Assembly (NCBI GenBank): GCA_964016885.1
Contig: OZ024742.1
Location: 10,478,001-10,542,000 of the forward strand
Source: Eledone cirrhosa
Lineage: Eukaryota
Reading direction: 5' to 3'
DNA: 64,000 nucleotides
Part shown: positions 41,563-55,300 of the stretch, one piece after another
Layout of the letters: each line of letters opens with the position of its first letter
Numbering within the stretch: the stretch's first letter is position 1
Program-made: the position numbers and the translations under genes
The notes under the pieces: generated by a model
Told to the model about the DNA's origin: nothing
Databases searched by the model: none
The model's input: only the letters and a program-made list of their open reading frames with translations

Positions 41563-44372
41563 GTGGCTGTCTCCGTGGCTGTCTCCGTGGCTGTCTCCGT
41601 GACTGTCTCCGTGGCTGTCTCCGTGGCTGTCTCCGTGACTGTCTCCGTGGCTGTCTCCGTGGCTGTCTCCGTGGCTGTCTCCGTGACTGTCTCCGTGACT
41701 GTCTCCGTGACTGTCTCCGTGACTGTCTCCGTGACTGTCTCCGTGACTGTCTCCGTGACTGTCTCCGTGGCTGTCTCCGTGGCTGTCTCCGTGGCTGTCT
41801 CCGTGGCTGTCTCCGTGGCTGTCTCCGTGGCTGTCTCCGTGACTGTCTCCGTGACTGTCTCCGTGACTGTCTCCGTGACTGGCTCCGTGACTGTCTCCGT
41901 GGCTGTCTCCGTGACTGTCTCCGTGGCTGTCTCCGTGGCTGTCTCCGTGGCTGTCTCCGTGACTGTCTCCGTGACTGTCTCCGTGACTGTCTCCGTGACT
42001 GTCTCCGTGACTGGCTCCGTGACTGTCTCCGTGGCTGTCTCCGTGACTGTCTCCGTGGCTGTCTCCGTGGCTGTCTCCGTGACTGTCTCCGTGACTGTCT
42101 CCGTGGCTGTCTCCGTGACTGTCTCCGTGACTGTCTCCGTGACTGTCTCCGTGGCTGTCTCCGTGACTGTCTCCGTGGCTGTCTCCGTGACTGGCTCCGT
42201 GACTGTCTCCGTGGCTGTCTCCGTGACTGTCTCCGTGACTGTCTCCGTGACTGTCTCCGTGACTGTCTCCGTGACTGGCTCCGTGACTGTCTCCGTGGCT
42301 GTCTCCGTGACTGTCTCCGTGGCTGTCTCCGTGGCTGTCTCCGTGGCTGTCTCCGTGACTGTCTCCGTGACTGTCTCCGTGACTGTCTCCGTGGCTGCCT
42401 CCGTGACTGTCTCCGTGACTGTCTCCGTGGCTGTCTCCGTGGCTGTCTCCGTGGCTGGCTCCGTGGCTGTCTCCGGGACTGTGTCCGTGACTGTCTCCGT
42501 GGCTGTCTCCGTGACTGTCTCCGTGACTGTCTCCGTGGCTGTCTCCGTGACTGTCTCCGTGGCTGTCTCCGTGACTGTCTCCGTGACTGTCTCCGTGGCT
42601 GTCTCCGTGGCTGTCTCCGTGGCTGTCTCCGTGGCTGTCTCCGTGGCTGTCTCCGGGACTGTCTCCGTGGCTGTCTCCGTGACTGTCTCCGTGGCTGTCT
42701 CCGTGACTGTCTCCGGGACTGTGTCCGTGGCTGTCTCCGTGGCTGTCTCCGTGGCTGTCTCCGTGACTGTCTCCGTGGCTGTCTCCGTGGCTGTCTCCGT
42801 GGCTGTCTCCGTGACTGTCTCCGTGACTGTCTCCGTGGCTGTCTCCGTGGCTGTCTCCGTGACTGTCTCCGTGACTGTCTCCGTGGCTGTCTCCGTGGCT
42901 GTCTCCGTGGCTGTCTCCGTGACTGTCTCCGTGGCTGTCTCCGTGGCTGTCTCCGTGACTGTCTCCGTGACTGTCTCCGTGGCTGTCTCCGTGGCTGTCT
43001 CCGTGGCTGTCTCCGTGACTGTCTCCGTGACTGTCTCCGTGGCTGTCTCCGTGGCTGTCTCCGTGGCTGTCTCCGTGGCTGTCTCCGTGGCTGTCTCCGT
43101 GACTGTCTCCGTGGCTGTCTCCGTGGCTGTCTCCGGGACTGTCTCCGTGACTGTCTCCGTGGCTGTCTCCGTGGCTGTCTCCGTGGCTGTCTCCGTGGCT
43201 GTCTCCGTGGCTGTCTCCGTGGCTGTCTCCGTGACTGTCTCCGTGGCTGTCTCCGTGACTGTCTCCGTGGCTGTCTCCGTGGCTGTCTCCGTGACTGTCT
43301 CCGTGACTGTCTCCGTGGCTGTCTCCGTGGCTGTCTCCGGGACTGTGTCCGTGACTGTCTCCGTGGATGTCTCCGTGGCTGTCTCCGTGGATGTCTCCGT
43401 GACTGTCTCCGTGACTGTCTCCGTGGCTGTCTCCGTGACTGTCTCCGTGACTGTCTCCGTGACTGTCTCCGTGGCTGTCTCCGTGACTGTCTCCGTGGCT
43501 GTCTCCGTGGCTGTCTCCGTGGCTGTCTCCGTGGCTGTCTCCGTGACTGTCTCCGTGACTGTCTCCGTGGCTGTCTCCGTGGCTGTCTCCGTGGCTGTCT
43601 CCGTGGCTGTCTCCGTGACTGTCTCCGTGGCTGTCTCCGTGGCTGTCTCCGGGACTGTCTCCGTGACTGTCTCCGTGGCTGTCTCCGTGGCTGTCTCCGT
43701 GGCTGTCTCCGTGGCTGTCTCCGTGGCTGTCTCCGTGGCTGTCTCCGTGACTGTCTCCGTGGCTGTCTCCGTGGCTGTCTCCGTGACTGTCTCCGTGACT
43801 GTCTCCGTGGCTGTCTCCGTGGCTGTCTCCGGGACTGTGTCCGTGACTGTCTCCGTGGATGTCTCCGTGGCTGTCTCCGTGGATGTCTCCGTGGCTGTCT
43901 CCGTGACTGTCTCCGTGACTGTCTCCGTGGCTGTCTCCGTGGCTGTCTCCGTGACTGTCTCCGTGGCTGTCTCCGTGACTGTCTCCGTGACTGTCTCCGT
44001 GGCTGTCTCCGTGGCTGTCTCCGTGACTGTCTCCGTGGCTGTCTCCGTGGCTGTCTCCGTGGCTGTCTCAGTGGCTGTCTCCGTGACTGTCTCCGTGGCT
44101 GTCTCCGTGGCTGTCTCCGTGACTGTCTCCGTGGCTGTCTCCGTGGCTGTCTCCGTGACTGTCTCCGTGACTGTCTCCGTGGCTGTCTCCGTGGCTGTCT
44201 CCGGGACTGTGTCCGTGACTGTCTCCGTGGATGTCTCCGTGGCTGTCTCCGTGGCTGTCTCCGTGGCTGTCTCCGTGACTGTCTCCGTGACTGTCTCCGT
44301 GACTGTCTCCGTGGATGTCTCCGTGGCTGTCTCCGTGGATGTCTCCGTGGCTGTCTCCGGGACTGTGTCCGT
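41563..44372. repeat. 12-bp minisatellite CTGTCTCCGTGR (~234 copies)
   Basis: Direct reading; G/A dimorphism at one position plus rare variants. Confidence 0.97.
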
Positions 44373-44439
44373 GTGTGAGTGGTTGGGCTGAGGTAACAGA
44401 GATAGTGGATGTACAGTATGTATGTGTCTATATATATAT

Positions 44440-44492
44440 TTAAGGGTGAAAGCAGCGATTCTTTGCTTAAAATTTAATCTGTTATTTTAATA
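44440..44492 (+). mobile_element. Short 3' fragment of the PLE pLTR/HHR
   Basis: TAAGGGTGAAAGCAGCGATTCTTTGCTTAAA matches 11267-11318. Confidence 0.8.
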
Positions 44493-44660
44493 TATATATT
44501 AACTATTTGTTAAAAGCATTAGAAATGCGCAACCAGTAATAAGTTGAAACTGAATACTAACTAATACTTATTACTAATTTATACTTATTCCTAATTAAAC
44601 TATTTTTCACTGGGAAAAATTTGTCAGCATTTTCTTTTTCTTTTTACTAATATATATATA

Positions 44661-44738
44661 TAGGAAAAAGTATTTCTGGACTCAGAAATAGTCGTCGAAA
44701 CGGCTTGAGCTCTGCCGTCGGGGTCATACTTTTTCCTA
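44661..44738. mobile_element. Fold-back element with internally deleted left arm
   Basis: TAGGAAAAAGTAT / ATACTTTTTCCTA termini and shared core. Confidence 0.75.
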
Positions 44739-45170
44739 TATATGTACATATATGTGTGTGTATATATATATTTAGAAACATATATACATATATGTGTGTG
44801 TGTCTGTATAGATATAGACACAAATATACATATATGTGTGTGTGTGTGTTTATATTTATATAGACACACACACACGCATATATGTATATGCTGGCATCAG
44901 TTGGCTGGGTATTCCGAGGCTATGTTTTTCTGCCAGATGCCTTTCCTGATATCAACACTTTTAGTCACCTCTTAGAGTGCTGAACCTACCTATAAGCTCA
45001 ATAAGATATAGTTTAGGGCCATGCAACTTTGGGGTCCTCATTCTTTAAAATATATTTTTAATTTAGCATTAGTTTTATTAATTCTTTAACCATAAATCAT
45101 CAAACATCATATATATATAATTATGTCTCTTTTTACCCTTCTACCTGTTCCAGCCATCCAACAGCACTTC

Positions 45171-45239
<69 letters not shown>

Positions 45240-45249
45240 TATAAATATA

Positions 45250-45404
45250 TAGAGCAAATATTTATTAAAATAACAGATTGATTAAAGTTTAAGCAAAGAA
45301 TCGCTGCTTTCACCCTTAACAGATCTTCTGAAACAAGTTTTAGAAGATCCCGTTAAGGGTGAAAGCAGCGATTCTTTGCTTAAACTTTGATCTGTTATTT
45401 TAAT
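45250..45404. mobile_element. Head-to-head pair of PLE HHR fragments (45286-45334 minus; 45336-45386 plus)
   Basis: Both arms match 11249-11320; plus-strand core reads TAGAAGA. Confidence 0.8.
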
Positions 45405-45755
45405 GTATATATATAACAGTCTTCAGATTTATTATTATTACTATATATATATATTTTACCCAATTCTTTTCAGAGTAGGGCCTCAAATTTCAAATAGCTT
45501 AGGGCTTCAGCAGCTGAAAGTTAGGTCCTAACCTATTATGACATGCAGGGATACAATGTACTTATTATGAATTACACACATTTTTTTGTACTTATTGTGT
45601 GTAGTGTGAGTGAATTTATGTATAGTTGAGTATAGCTCTACATGTTATATTCATGTACGTACATGCCCGTGTCTTTTTTTAAAACTGGACACACACACCA
45701 CCACACCACACCACACCACACCACACCACACCACACCACACCACACCACACCACA

Positions 45756-45805
<50 letters not shown>

Positions 45806-46246
45806 ATGTAGAGACTAAGACTGTATATACCTCACTTACAACAAATATAAGCCTAAACCATAGGAATGCTATCCATAAACAGAAATCAAACACAAAGCAC
45901 AATTCTACAAGATGATTTCATATGATTGACACAGTTCTAGTCCTGTAGAAGTGATTTCTATATTAAATATGATGTTTACACACTACTGATGTATTGAGTA
46001 CCTTTTTAACTTTGATCAACCTTGATTTAACTTGGGATCTTCTTACACACACACATATATATACACATATATATACATACATATGTATGTATGTCATCAC
46101 CATCATTTAACGGGTACTCTTCATACTGGCATGTGTTGCTTGGTTTGTCATGGCCTGAGACCATATGGGTCAAACTGACCTCACCTTAATCATATATTCC
46201 ATATTTGGTATAGTGTCTATGGCCCTTCCTAATACCAGACTATATG

Positions 46247-46289
<43 letters not shown>

Positions 46290-46306
46290 GAGGGAGAGAG
46301 TATATA

Positions 46307-48670
46307 TCATCATCATCATCATCACCGTTTTACGTCCGTTCTTCTACGCTAGCATGGGTTAGACGGGTTGTCCTGTTGTGGGCAGTGTCTGGTCAGCTGA
46401 CCATGCCTTGCACGTACAGGAACTGATCTGGCTTGATTTCTACAGCTGGATGCCCTTCCTAACACCAACCTCATTTACAGTGAGTGCTGGGTGCTTTTTT
46501 GTGGCGCCTACACGTCCACTTTACAGTGTGGGCTGGGTGCTTTTTTTGCCGTGGCACCTCCACGACCACCTTGCGGTGGGGGGTGTGGAGTCATATTGTC
46601 TATATGCTTCAGCTTGTACCCATGGGAGATTGGGTACTCTGTATTACTGCGTGACGCCAGAGGTCACGGTCGTGTGACACATCGCCTTTGAGAGGTGTAA
46701 TTGGGTAAGGTCGGCTTTTATCACCTCATCCCAGGTCATCTTGGGTCTCCCCACTCCGCGGTTTCCATCAACTTCTAGTGCTCTGCACCTTTTTATGCAA
46801 CGGTCATCCTTCATACGCATCACATGTCCATACCAGCGCAACCGCCTCTCCTGCACACAGCATTTGATTCCTCTTATGCTCAGTCTCTCTCTCTCAATTC
46901 ATTTATGCTTTGTCGTTCACGTATATTACTATTACACATCCATCGGAGCATGCAGGCTTCGTTTCTCTCTAATCTACGTAAGTCTTCCACCTTCAGCACC
47001 CAGGTCTCACTACCATGCAACATTGCTGTTCGGATACATGCATCATACAGTCTGCCTTTCATTCTGAGGGAGAAGCCTTTTGCAGCTAGCAGTGGTAGTA
47101 GTTCCCTAAACTTCTTCCATCCCGTTCTTACCCTAGTTATTGTACTTTCTGAACACCCACCTCCGCTGCTAATTCGGTCACCTAGGTAGCAGAAGCTGTC
47201 TACTGTTTCTACAGGGCCCTCCCAGAGATTGGTGGTACTTGTTTCCTGTGGCTGTTTGCTGCTTGCTGTCTCAGCACAGCTGCTGCATGTGAATCCTACA
47301 TTCTTAATTAAGCTTCCTGAGATCCCGCTACATCTCTTGTGTATCCATTGTTTGCATTTGGTGCAGAGAATGGAGTTCCTACCTACACCTTTCTACATAC
47401 TGAGCAAGGCCATTTCCCTGAAGGGATCTGTGTTCTGTTTTCTCGTCTACTTACAGGGACCTTAGTCTTTGTCATGTTGACTTTGAGACCCTTTCTATCT
47501 AGTCCCTGCTTCCAAGTTTGGAATTTATTCTCTAGTTCTACCATAGATTCAGCTATGAGTGCAAGGTCATCAGCATACAGGAGTTCCCATGGGCATCCGG
47601 TCTTAAACTCCTCCGTTATTGCCTGCAGGACTATGATGAACAGGAGAGGGCTAAGAACAGAGCCCTGGTGGACCCCAACCTGTACGCTAAATTCCTCGCT
47701 ATACTCATTGCTAATCCTAACTTTGCTGACTGCTCCCCTATACATGGCTTGTACCGCTTTCACAAGCCATTCATCTACTCCTAGTTTTCTAAGAGCCCAC
47801 CAGATTACAGCACGTGGAACTCTGTCAAAGGCTTCCTCAAGGTCGACAAATGCCAAGTAGAGTAGCTTACTTTGAGCGAGGTACTTTTCCTGTAATTGCC
47901 TCACAGGGAAGAGGGCATCAGTGGTGCCTCTTCCTGGTACAAACCCAAATTGCATCTCGTCTATTTTCACCCGGTCCCTAATCAACTGTGCTATAACTCT
48001 TTCTGTTACTTTCATGACCTGGTCCATCAACTTCATACCTCTATAGTTTCCTCTATCTAGTGCATCACCTTTACCTTTGTAGCAGTTGACAATGATGCTA
48101 CTGCACCAATCTTTTGGTATGACACCTTCTAGTATTACCTGGTTAACGATACGTGTGGTTATAGTGTGACCTACAGACCTAGATGCCTTCAGCAACTCGG
48201 CAGCTATACCCGATGGACCGGTTGCCTTCCCCATCTTCATATCTTTGATTGCCTTACTTACTACTCTGCTGCTGACTTGTACTGCTGGTCCCTCTATAGG
48301 GTCTACTTGGGGTAGGGTCTCTTCTTCCCATGCATTCTCCTCATTTAGTAATCTATCATAATGACTCTTCCATGTATCTTTCTTCTCAGCACTTGTGAGG
48401 GCAAGCTCACCTTTATCATTCCAGATACACTTCTCTCCAATGACATCACAACTATCTCTGACACACTGCCTCGCAATCTTGAATACCTCCTGTTTCTGGT
48501 CCTCACGTTGTAAAACATGCTTGAATATTCTATCCTCTGCTTCCCTCCTAGCTAAGTATACTTGTCGCCTAGCTTCCCTCTTGGTCTCTATGTAATGTAC
48601 CCTGCTCCCCCCGTTCTTCCATTCTTTCCATGCCTGTCTCTTGGCCTTAACTGCTTCATCTACCTTATTG
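46307..48670 (-). mobile_element. 5'-truncated RTE LINE (second subfamily), frameshifted
   Basis: ORF 47383-48670 with KATGPSG, NYRG, QFGF, QGSVLSP and YADD; downstream pieces 46880-47062 and 46644-46856; (CAT)n at 46307. Confidence 0.95.
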
Positions 48671-49334
48671 AGTATATATGTATGTATATATATATATATA
48701 TGTGTGTATATATATGGATATATATATATGTGTGTGTGCATATATGAGTGTATATATATGTGTGTATATATATGTGAGTGTATATATATATGTGTGTGTA
48801 TATATATATGTATATATACATTGTATTTGTAGTGTCTAACGGTAATAACATGAATCAAAAATTAATCATATTAACCCTGGTATATGACTGGTACTGGTAT
48901 CTATTTTTCGGTTATGTAAAGTATGAACATCATAGTTGATCTACATAAAATTTGAGCTGAGGATGTAAAGGAATATGGCAGCTACATGCCATAACATATA
49001 TTTTCTGTCATCTTCCCTCGTTTACCAATCCTGATAATCAATAACAATACTAACCAGGTGATAAATAACTTTACTCACACAAGTAAGTCACTGATCGTTT
49101 ATATTATCAGCTTAGAGCTTGCAACCATTAATATATAATGACATATATCTATTCTGATATTTGGAATATAGAGAGACAAAGAGAGATTAGAATCAAATTC
49201 TACTTACTCTATTTACACTCTGCAAATTACAGCCGCCATAACTGTGGAATACAACCCAACCCGAGGCAGACATTTTAACAGCATTGAGTGCTTCGAACGT
49301 CACACTGCCTGTAACTGTAGTTACACACCTAACT

Positions 49335-49371
<37 letters not shown>

Positions 49372-49374
<3 letters not shown>

Positions 49375-52300
49375 CATGTAGGCGTCAGGACAAAAAGAAA
49401 CCAGCCCACACTGTAAAGTGGTCATGTAGATGTCATGACAAAAGTGCCGAGTCCACTCTGTAAAGTGGTCATGTAGGTTTCAACAAAAAGCACCCAGTAC
49501 ACACTGTAAAGCTATCCTGTAGGTGTCACAACAAAAAGCACCCAGCCCACACTGTAAAGCTATCCTGTAGGAGTCCTGACAAAAAGCACCCAGTACACAC
49601 TGTAAAGCTATCCTGTAGGAGTCACAGCAAAAAGCACCCAGTACACACTGTAAAGCTATCCTGTAGGTGTCACAACAAAAAGCACCCAGTACACACTGTA
49701 AAGCTATCCTGTAGGAGTCACAACAAAAAGCACCCAGTACACACTGTAAAGCTATCCTGTAGGAGTCCTGACAAAATGCACCCAGTACACACTGTAAAGC
49801 TATCCTGTAGGTGTCACAACAAAAAGCACCCAGTACACACTGTAAAGCTATCCTGTAGGTGTCACAACAAAAAGCACCCAGTACACACTGTAAAGCTATC
49901 CTGTAGGTGTCACAACAAAAAGCACCCAGTACACACTGTAAAGCTATCCTGTAGGAGTCACAACAAAAAGCACCCAGTACACACTGTAAAGCTATCCTGT
50001 AGGAGTCCTGACATAATGCACCCAGTACACACTGTAAAGCTATCCTGTAGGTGTCACAACAAAAAGCACCCAGTACACACTGTAAAGCTATCCTGTAGGT
50101 GTCACAACAAAAAGCACCCAGTACACACTGTAAAGCTATCCTGTAGGAGTCAACAAAAAGCACTCAGTACACACTGTAAAGCTATCTTGTAGGTGTCACA
50201 ACAAAAAGCACCCAGTACACACTGTAAAGCTATCCTGTAGGTGTCACAACAAAAAGCACCCAGTACACACTGTAAAGCTATCCTTTAGGTGTCACAACAA
50301 AAAGCACCCAGTACACACTGTAAAGCTATCTTGTAGGTGTCACAACAAAAAGCACCCAGTACACACTGTAAAGCTATCCTGTAGGTGTCACAACAAAAAG
50401 CACCCAGTACACACTGTAAAGCTATCCTGTAGGTGTCACAACAAAAAGCACCCAGTACACACTGTAAAGCTATCCTGTAGGTGTCACAACAAAAAGCACC
50501 CAGTACACACTGTAAAGCTATCTTGTAGGTGTCACAACAAAAAGCACCCAGTACACACTGTAAAGCTATCCTGTAGGAGTGACAACAAAAAGCACGCAGT
50601 ACACACTGTAAAGCTATCCTGTAGGTGTCACAACAAAAAGCACCCAGTACACACTGTAAAGCTATCCTGTAGGAGTCACAACAAAAAGCACCCAGTACAC
50701 ACTGTAAAGCTATCCTGTAGGTGTCACAACAAAAAGCACCCAGTACACACTGTAAAGCTATCCTGTAGGTGTCACAACAAAAAGCACCCAGTACACACTG
50801 TAAAGCTATCCTGTAGGTGTCACAACAAAAAGCACCCAGTACACATTGTAAACCTATCCTGCAGGTGTCACAACAAAAAGCACCCAGTACACACTGTAAA
50901 GCTATCCTGTAGGAGTCACAACAAAAAGCACCCAGTACACACTGTAAAGCTATCCTGTAGGAGTCACAACAAAAAGCACCCAGTACACACTGTAAAGCTA
51001 TCCTGTAGGAGTCCTGACATAATGCACCCAGTACACACTGTAAAGCTATCTTGTAGGTGCCACAACAAAAAGCACCCAGTACACACTGTAAAGCTATCCT
51101 GTAGGTGTCACAACAAAAGCACCCAGTACACACTGTAAAGCTATCCTGTAGGAGTCACAACAAAAAGCACCCAGTACACACTGTAAAGCTATCCTGTAGG
51201 TGTCACAACAAAAAGCACCCAGTACACACTGTAAAGCTATCCTGTAGGTGTCACAACAAAAAGCACCCAGTACACACTGTAAAGCTATCCTGTAGGTGTC
51301 ACAACAAAAAGCACCCAGTACACACTGTAAAGCTATCCTGTAGGTGTCACAACAAAAAGCACCCAGTACACACTGTAAAGCTATCTTGTAGGTGTCACAA
51401 CAAAAAGCACCCAGTACACACTGTAAAGCTATCCTGTAGGAGTGACTACAAAAAGCACCCAGTACACACTGTAAAGCTATCCTGTAGGAGTCACAACAAA
51501 AAGCACCCAGTACACACTGTAAAGCTATCCTGTAGGAGTCCTGACAAAAAGCACCCAGTACACACTGTAAAGTCGAGGTGTAGGAGTCCTGACAAAAAGC
51601 ACCCAGTACACACTGTAAAGTCGAGGTGTAGGTGTCATGACAAAAAGCACCCAGTACACACTGTAAAGTCGAGGTGTAGGAATCCTGACAAAAAGCACCA
51701 AGTACACACTGTAAAGTCGAGGTGTAGGTGTCATGACAAAAAGCACCCAGTACACACTGTAAAGTCGAGGTGTAGGTGTCATGACAAAAAGCACCCAGTA
51801 CACACAGTAAAGCCATGATGTAGGTGTCATGACAAAATGCACCCAGTACACACTGTAAAGTCGAGGTGTAGGTGTCACAACAAAAAGCACCCAGTACACA
51901 CTGTAAAGCTATCCTGTAGGAGTCACAACAAAAAGCACCCAGTACACACTGTAAAGCTATCTTGTAGGTGTCACAACAAAAAGCACCCAGTACACACTGT
52001 AAAGCTATCTTGTAGGTGTCACAACAAAAAGCACCCAGTACACACTGTAAAGCTATCCTGTAGGAGTCACAACAAAAAGCACCCAGTACACACTGTAAAG
52101 CTATCCTGTAGGTGTCACAACAAAAAGCACCCAGTACACACTGTAAAGCTATCCTGTAGGAGTCACAACAAAAAGCACCCAGTACACACTGTAAAGCTAT
52201 CCTGTAGGAGTCCTGACATAATGCACCCAGTACACACTGTAAAGCTATCCTGTAGGTGTCACAACAAAAAGCACCCAGTACACACAGTAAAGCTATCCTG

Positions 52301-55300
52301 TAGGTGTCACAACAAAAAGCACCCAGTACACACTGTAAAGCTATCCTGTAGGTGTCACAACAAAAAGCACCCAGTACACACTGTAAAGCTATCTTGTAGG
52401 TGTCACAACAAAAAGCACCCAGTACACACTGTAAAGCTATCCTGTAGGAGTCACAACAAAAAGCACCCAGTACACACTGTAAAGCTATCTTGTAGGTGTC
52501 ACAACAAAAAGCACCCAGTACACACTGTAAAGCTATCCTGTAGGAGTCACAACAAAAAGCACCCAGTACACACTGTAAAGCTATCCTGTAGGAGTCACAA
52601 CAAAAAGCACCCAGTACACACTGTAAAGCTATCCTGTAGGTGTCACAACAAAAAGCACCCAGTACACACTGTAAAGCTATCCTGTAGGAGTCACAACAAA
52701 AAGCACCCAGTACACACTGTAAAGCTATCCTGTAGGAGTCCTGACATAATGCACCCAGTACACACTGTAAAGCTATCCTGTAGGAGTCACAACAAAAAGC
52801 ACCCAGTACACGCTGTAAAGCTATCCTGCAGGTGTCACAACAAAAAGCACCCAGTACACACTGTAAAGCTATCCGGTAGGTCTCACAACAAAAAGCACCC
52901 AGTACACACTGTAAAGCTATCCTGTAGGAGTCACAACAAAAAGCACCCAGTACACACTGTAAAGCTATCCTGTAGGAGTCACAACAAAAAGCACCCAGTA
53001 CACACTGTAAAGCTATCCTGTAGGTGTCACAACAAAAAGCACCCACTACACACTGTAAAGCTATCTTGTAGGTGTCACAACAAAAAGCACCCAGTACACA
53101 CTGTAAAGCTATCCTGTAGGAGTCACAACAAAAAGCACCCAGTACACACTGTAAAGCTATCCTGTAGGAGTCCTGACATAATGCACCCAGTACACACTGT
53201 AAAGCTATCCTGTAGGAGTCACAACAAAAAGCACCCAGTACACACTGTAAAGCTATCCTGTAGGAGTCACAACAAAAAGCACCCAGTACACACTGTAAAG
53301 CTATCCTGTAGTTGTCACAACAAAAAGCACCCAGTACACACTGTAAAGCTATCCTGTAGGAGTCACGACATAATGCACCCAGTACACACTGTAAAGCTAT
53401 CTTGTAGGTGCCACAACAAAAAGCACCCAGTACACACTGTAAAGCTATCCTGTAGGTGTCACAACAAAAGCACCCAGTACACACTGTAAAGCCATCCTGT
53501 AGGAGTCACAACAAAAAGCACCCAGTACACACTGTAAAGCTATCCTGTAGGTGTCACAACAAAAAGCACCCAGTACACACTGTAAAGCTATCCTGTAGGT
53601 GTCACAACAAAAAGCACCCAGTACACACTGTAAAGCTATCCTGTAGGTGTCACAACAAAAAGCACCCAGTACACACTGTAAAGCTATCCTGCAGGTGTCA
53701 CAACAAAAAGCACCCAGTACACACTGTAAAGCTATCCTGTAGGAGTCACAACAAAAAGCACCCAGTACACACTGTAAAGCTATCCTGTAGGTGTCACAAC
53801 AAAAAGCACCCAGTACACACTGTAAAGCTATCCTGTAGGTGTCACAACAAAAAGCACCCAGTACACACTGTAAAGCTATCCTGTAGGAGTCACAACAAAA
53901 AGCACCCAGTACACACTGTAAAGCTATCCTGTAGGTGTCACAACAAAAAGCACCCAGTACACACTGTAAAGCTATCCTGTAGGAGTCCTGACATAATGCA
54001 CCCAGTACACACTGTAAAGCTATCTTGTAGGTGCCACAACAAAAAGCACCCAGTACACACTGTAAAGCTATCCTGTAGGTGTCACAACAAAAGCACCCAG
54101 TACACACTGTAAAGCTATCCTGTAGGAGTCACAACAAAAAGCACCCAGTACACACTGTAAAGCTATCCTGTAGGTGTCACAACAAAAAGCACCCAGTACA
54201 CACTGTAAAGCTATCCTGTAGGTGTCACAACAAAAAGCACCCAGTACACACTGTAAAGCTATCCTGTAGGTGTCACAACAAAAAGCACCCAGTACACACT
54301 GTAAAGCTATCCTGTAGGTGTCACAACAAAAAGCACCCAGTACACACTGTAAAGCTATCTTGTAGGTGTCACAACAAAAAGCACCCAGTACACACTGTAA
54401 AGCTATCCTGTAGGAGTGACTACAAAAAGCACCCAGTACACACTGTAAAGCTATCCTGTAGGAGTCACAACAAAAAGCACCCAGTACACACTGTAAAGCT
54501 ATCCTGTAGGAGTCCTGACAAAAAGCACCCAGTACACACTGTAAAGTCGAGGTGTAGGAGTCCTGACAAAAAGCACCCAGTACACACTGTAAAGTCGAGG
54601 TGTAGGTGTCATGACAAAAAGCACCCAGTACACACTGTAAAGTCGAGGTGTAGGAATCCTGACAAAAAGCACCAAGTACACACTGCAAAGTCGAGGTGTA
54701 GGTGTCATGACAAAAAGCACCCAGTACACACTGTAAAGTCGAGGTGTAGGAATCCTGACAAAAAGCACCAAGTACACACTGCAAAGTCGAGGTGTAGGTG
54801 TCATGACAAAAAGCACCCAGTACACACTGTAAAGTCGAGGTGTAGGTGTCACAACAAAAAGCACCCAGTACACACTGTAAAGCTATCCTGTAGGTGTCAC
54901 AACAAAAAGCACCCAGTACACACTGTAAAGCTATCCTGTAGGAGTCACAACAAAAAGCACCCAGTACACACTGTAAAGCTATCCTGTAGGAGTCACAACA
55001 AAAAGCACCCAGTACACACTGTAAAGCTATCCTGTAGTTGTCACAACAAAAAGCACCCAGTACACACTGTAAAGTTATCCTGTAGGTGTCACAACAAAAA
55101 GCACCCAGTACACACTGTAAAGCTATCCTGTAGGAGTCACAACAAAAAGCACCCAGTACACACTGTAAAGCTATCCTGTAGGAGTCACAACAAAAAGCAC
55201 CCAGCCCACACTGTAAAGCTATCCTGTAGGAGTCACAACAAAAAGCACCCAGTACACACTGTAAAGCTATCCTGTAGGAGTCACAACAAAAAGCACCCAG

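Noticed and set aside
41409-44391. 989-aa (RGCL/RDCL)n ORF with hydrophobic N-terminus
   Set aside because: 12-bp minisatellite; the apparent signal peptide comes from a CT-rich tract.
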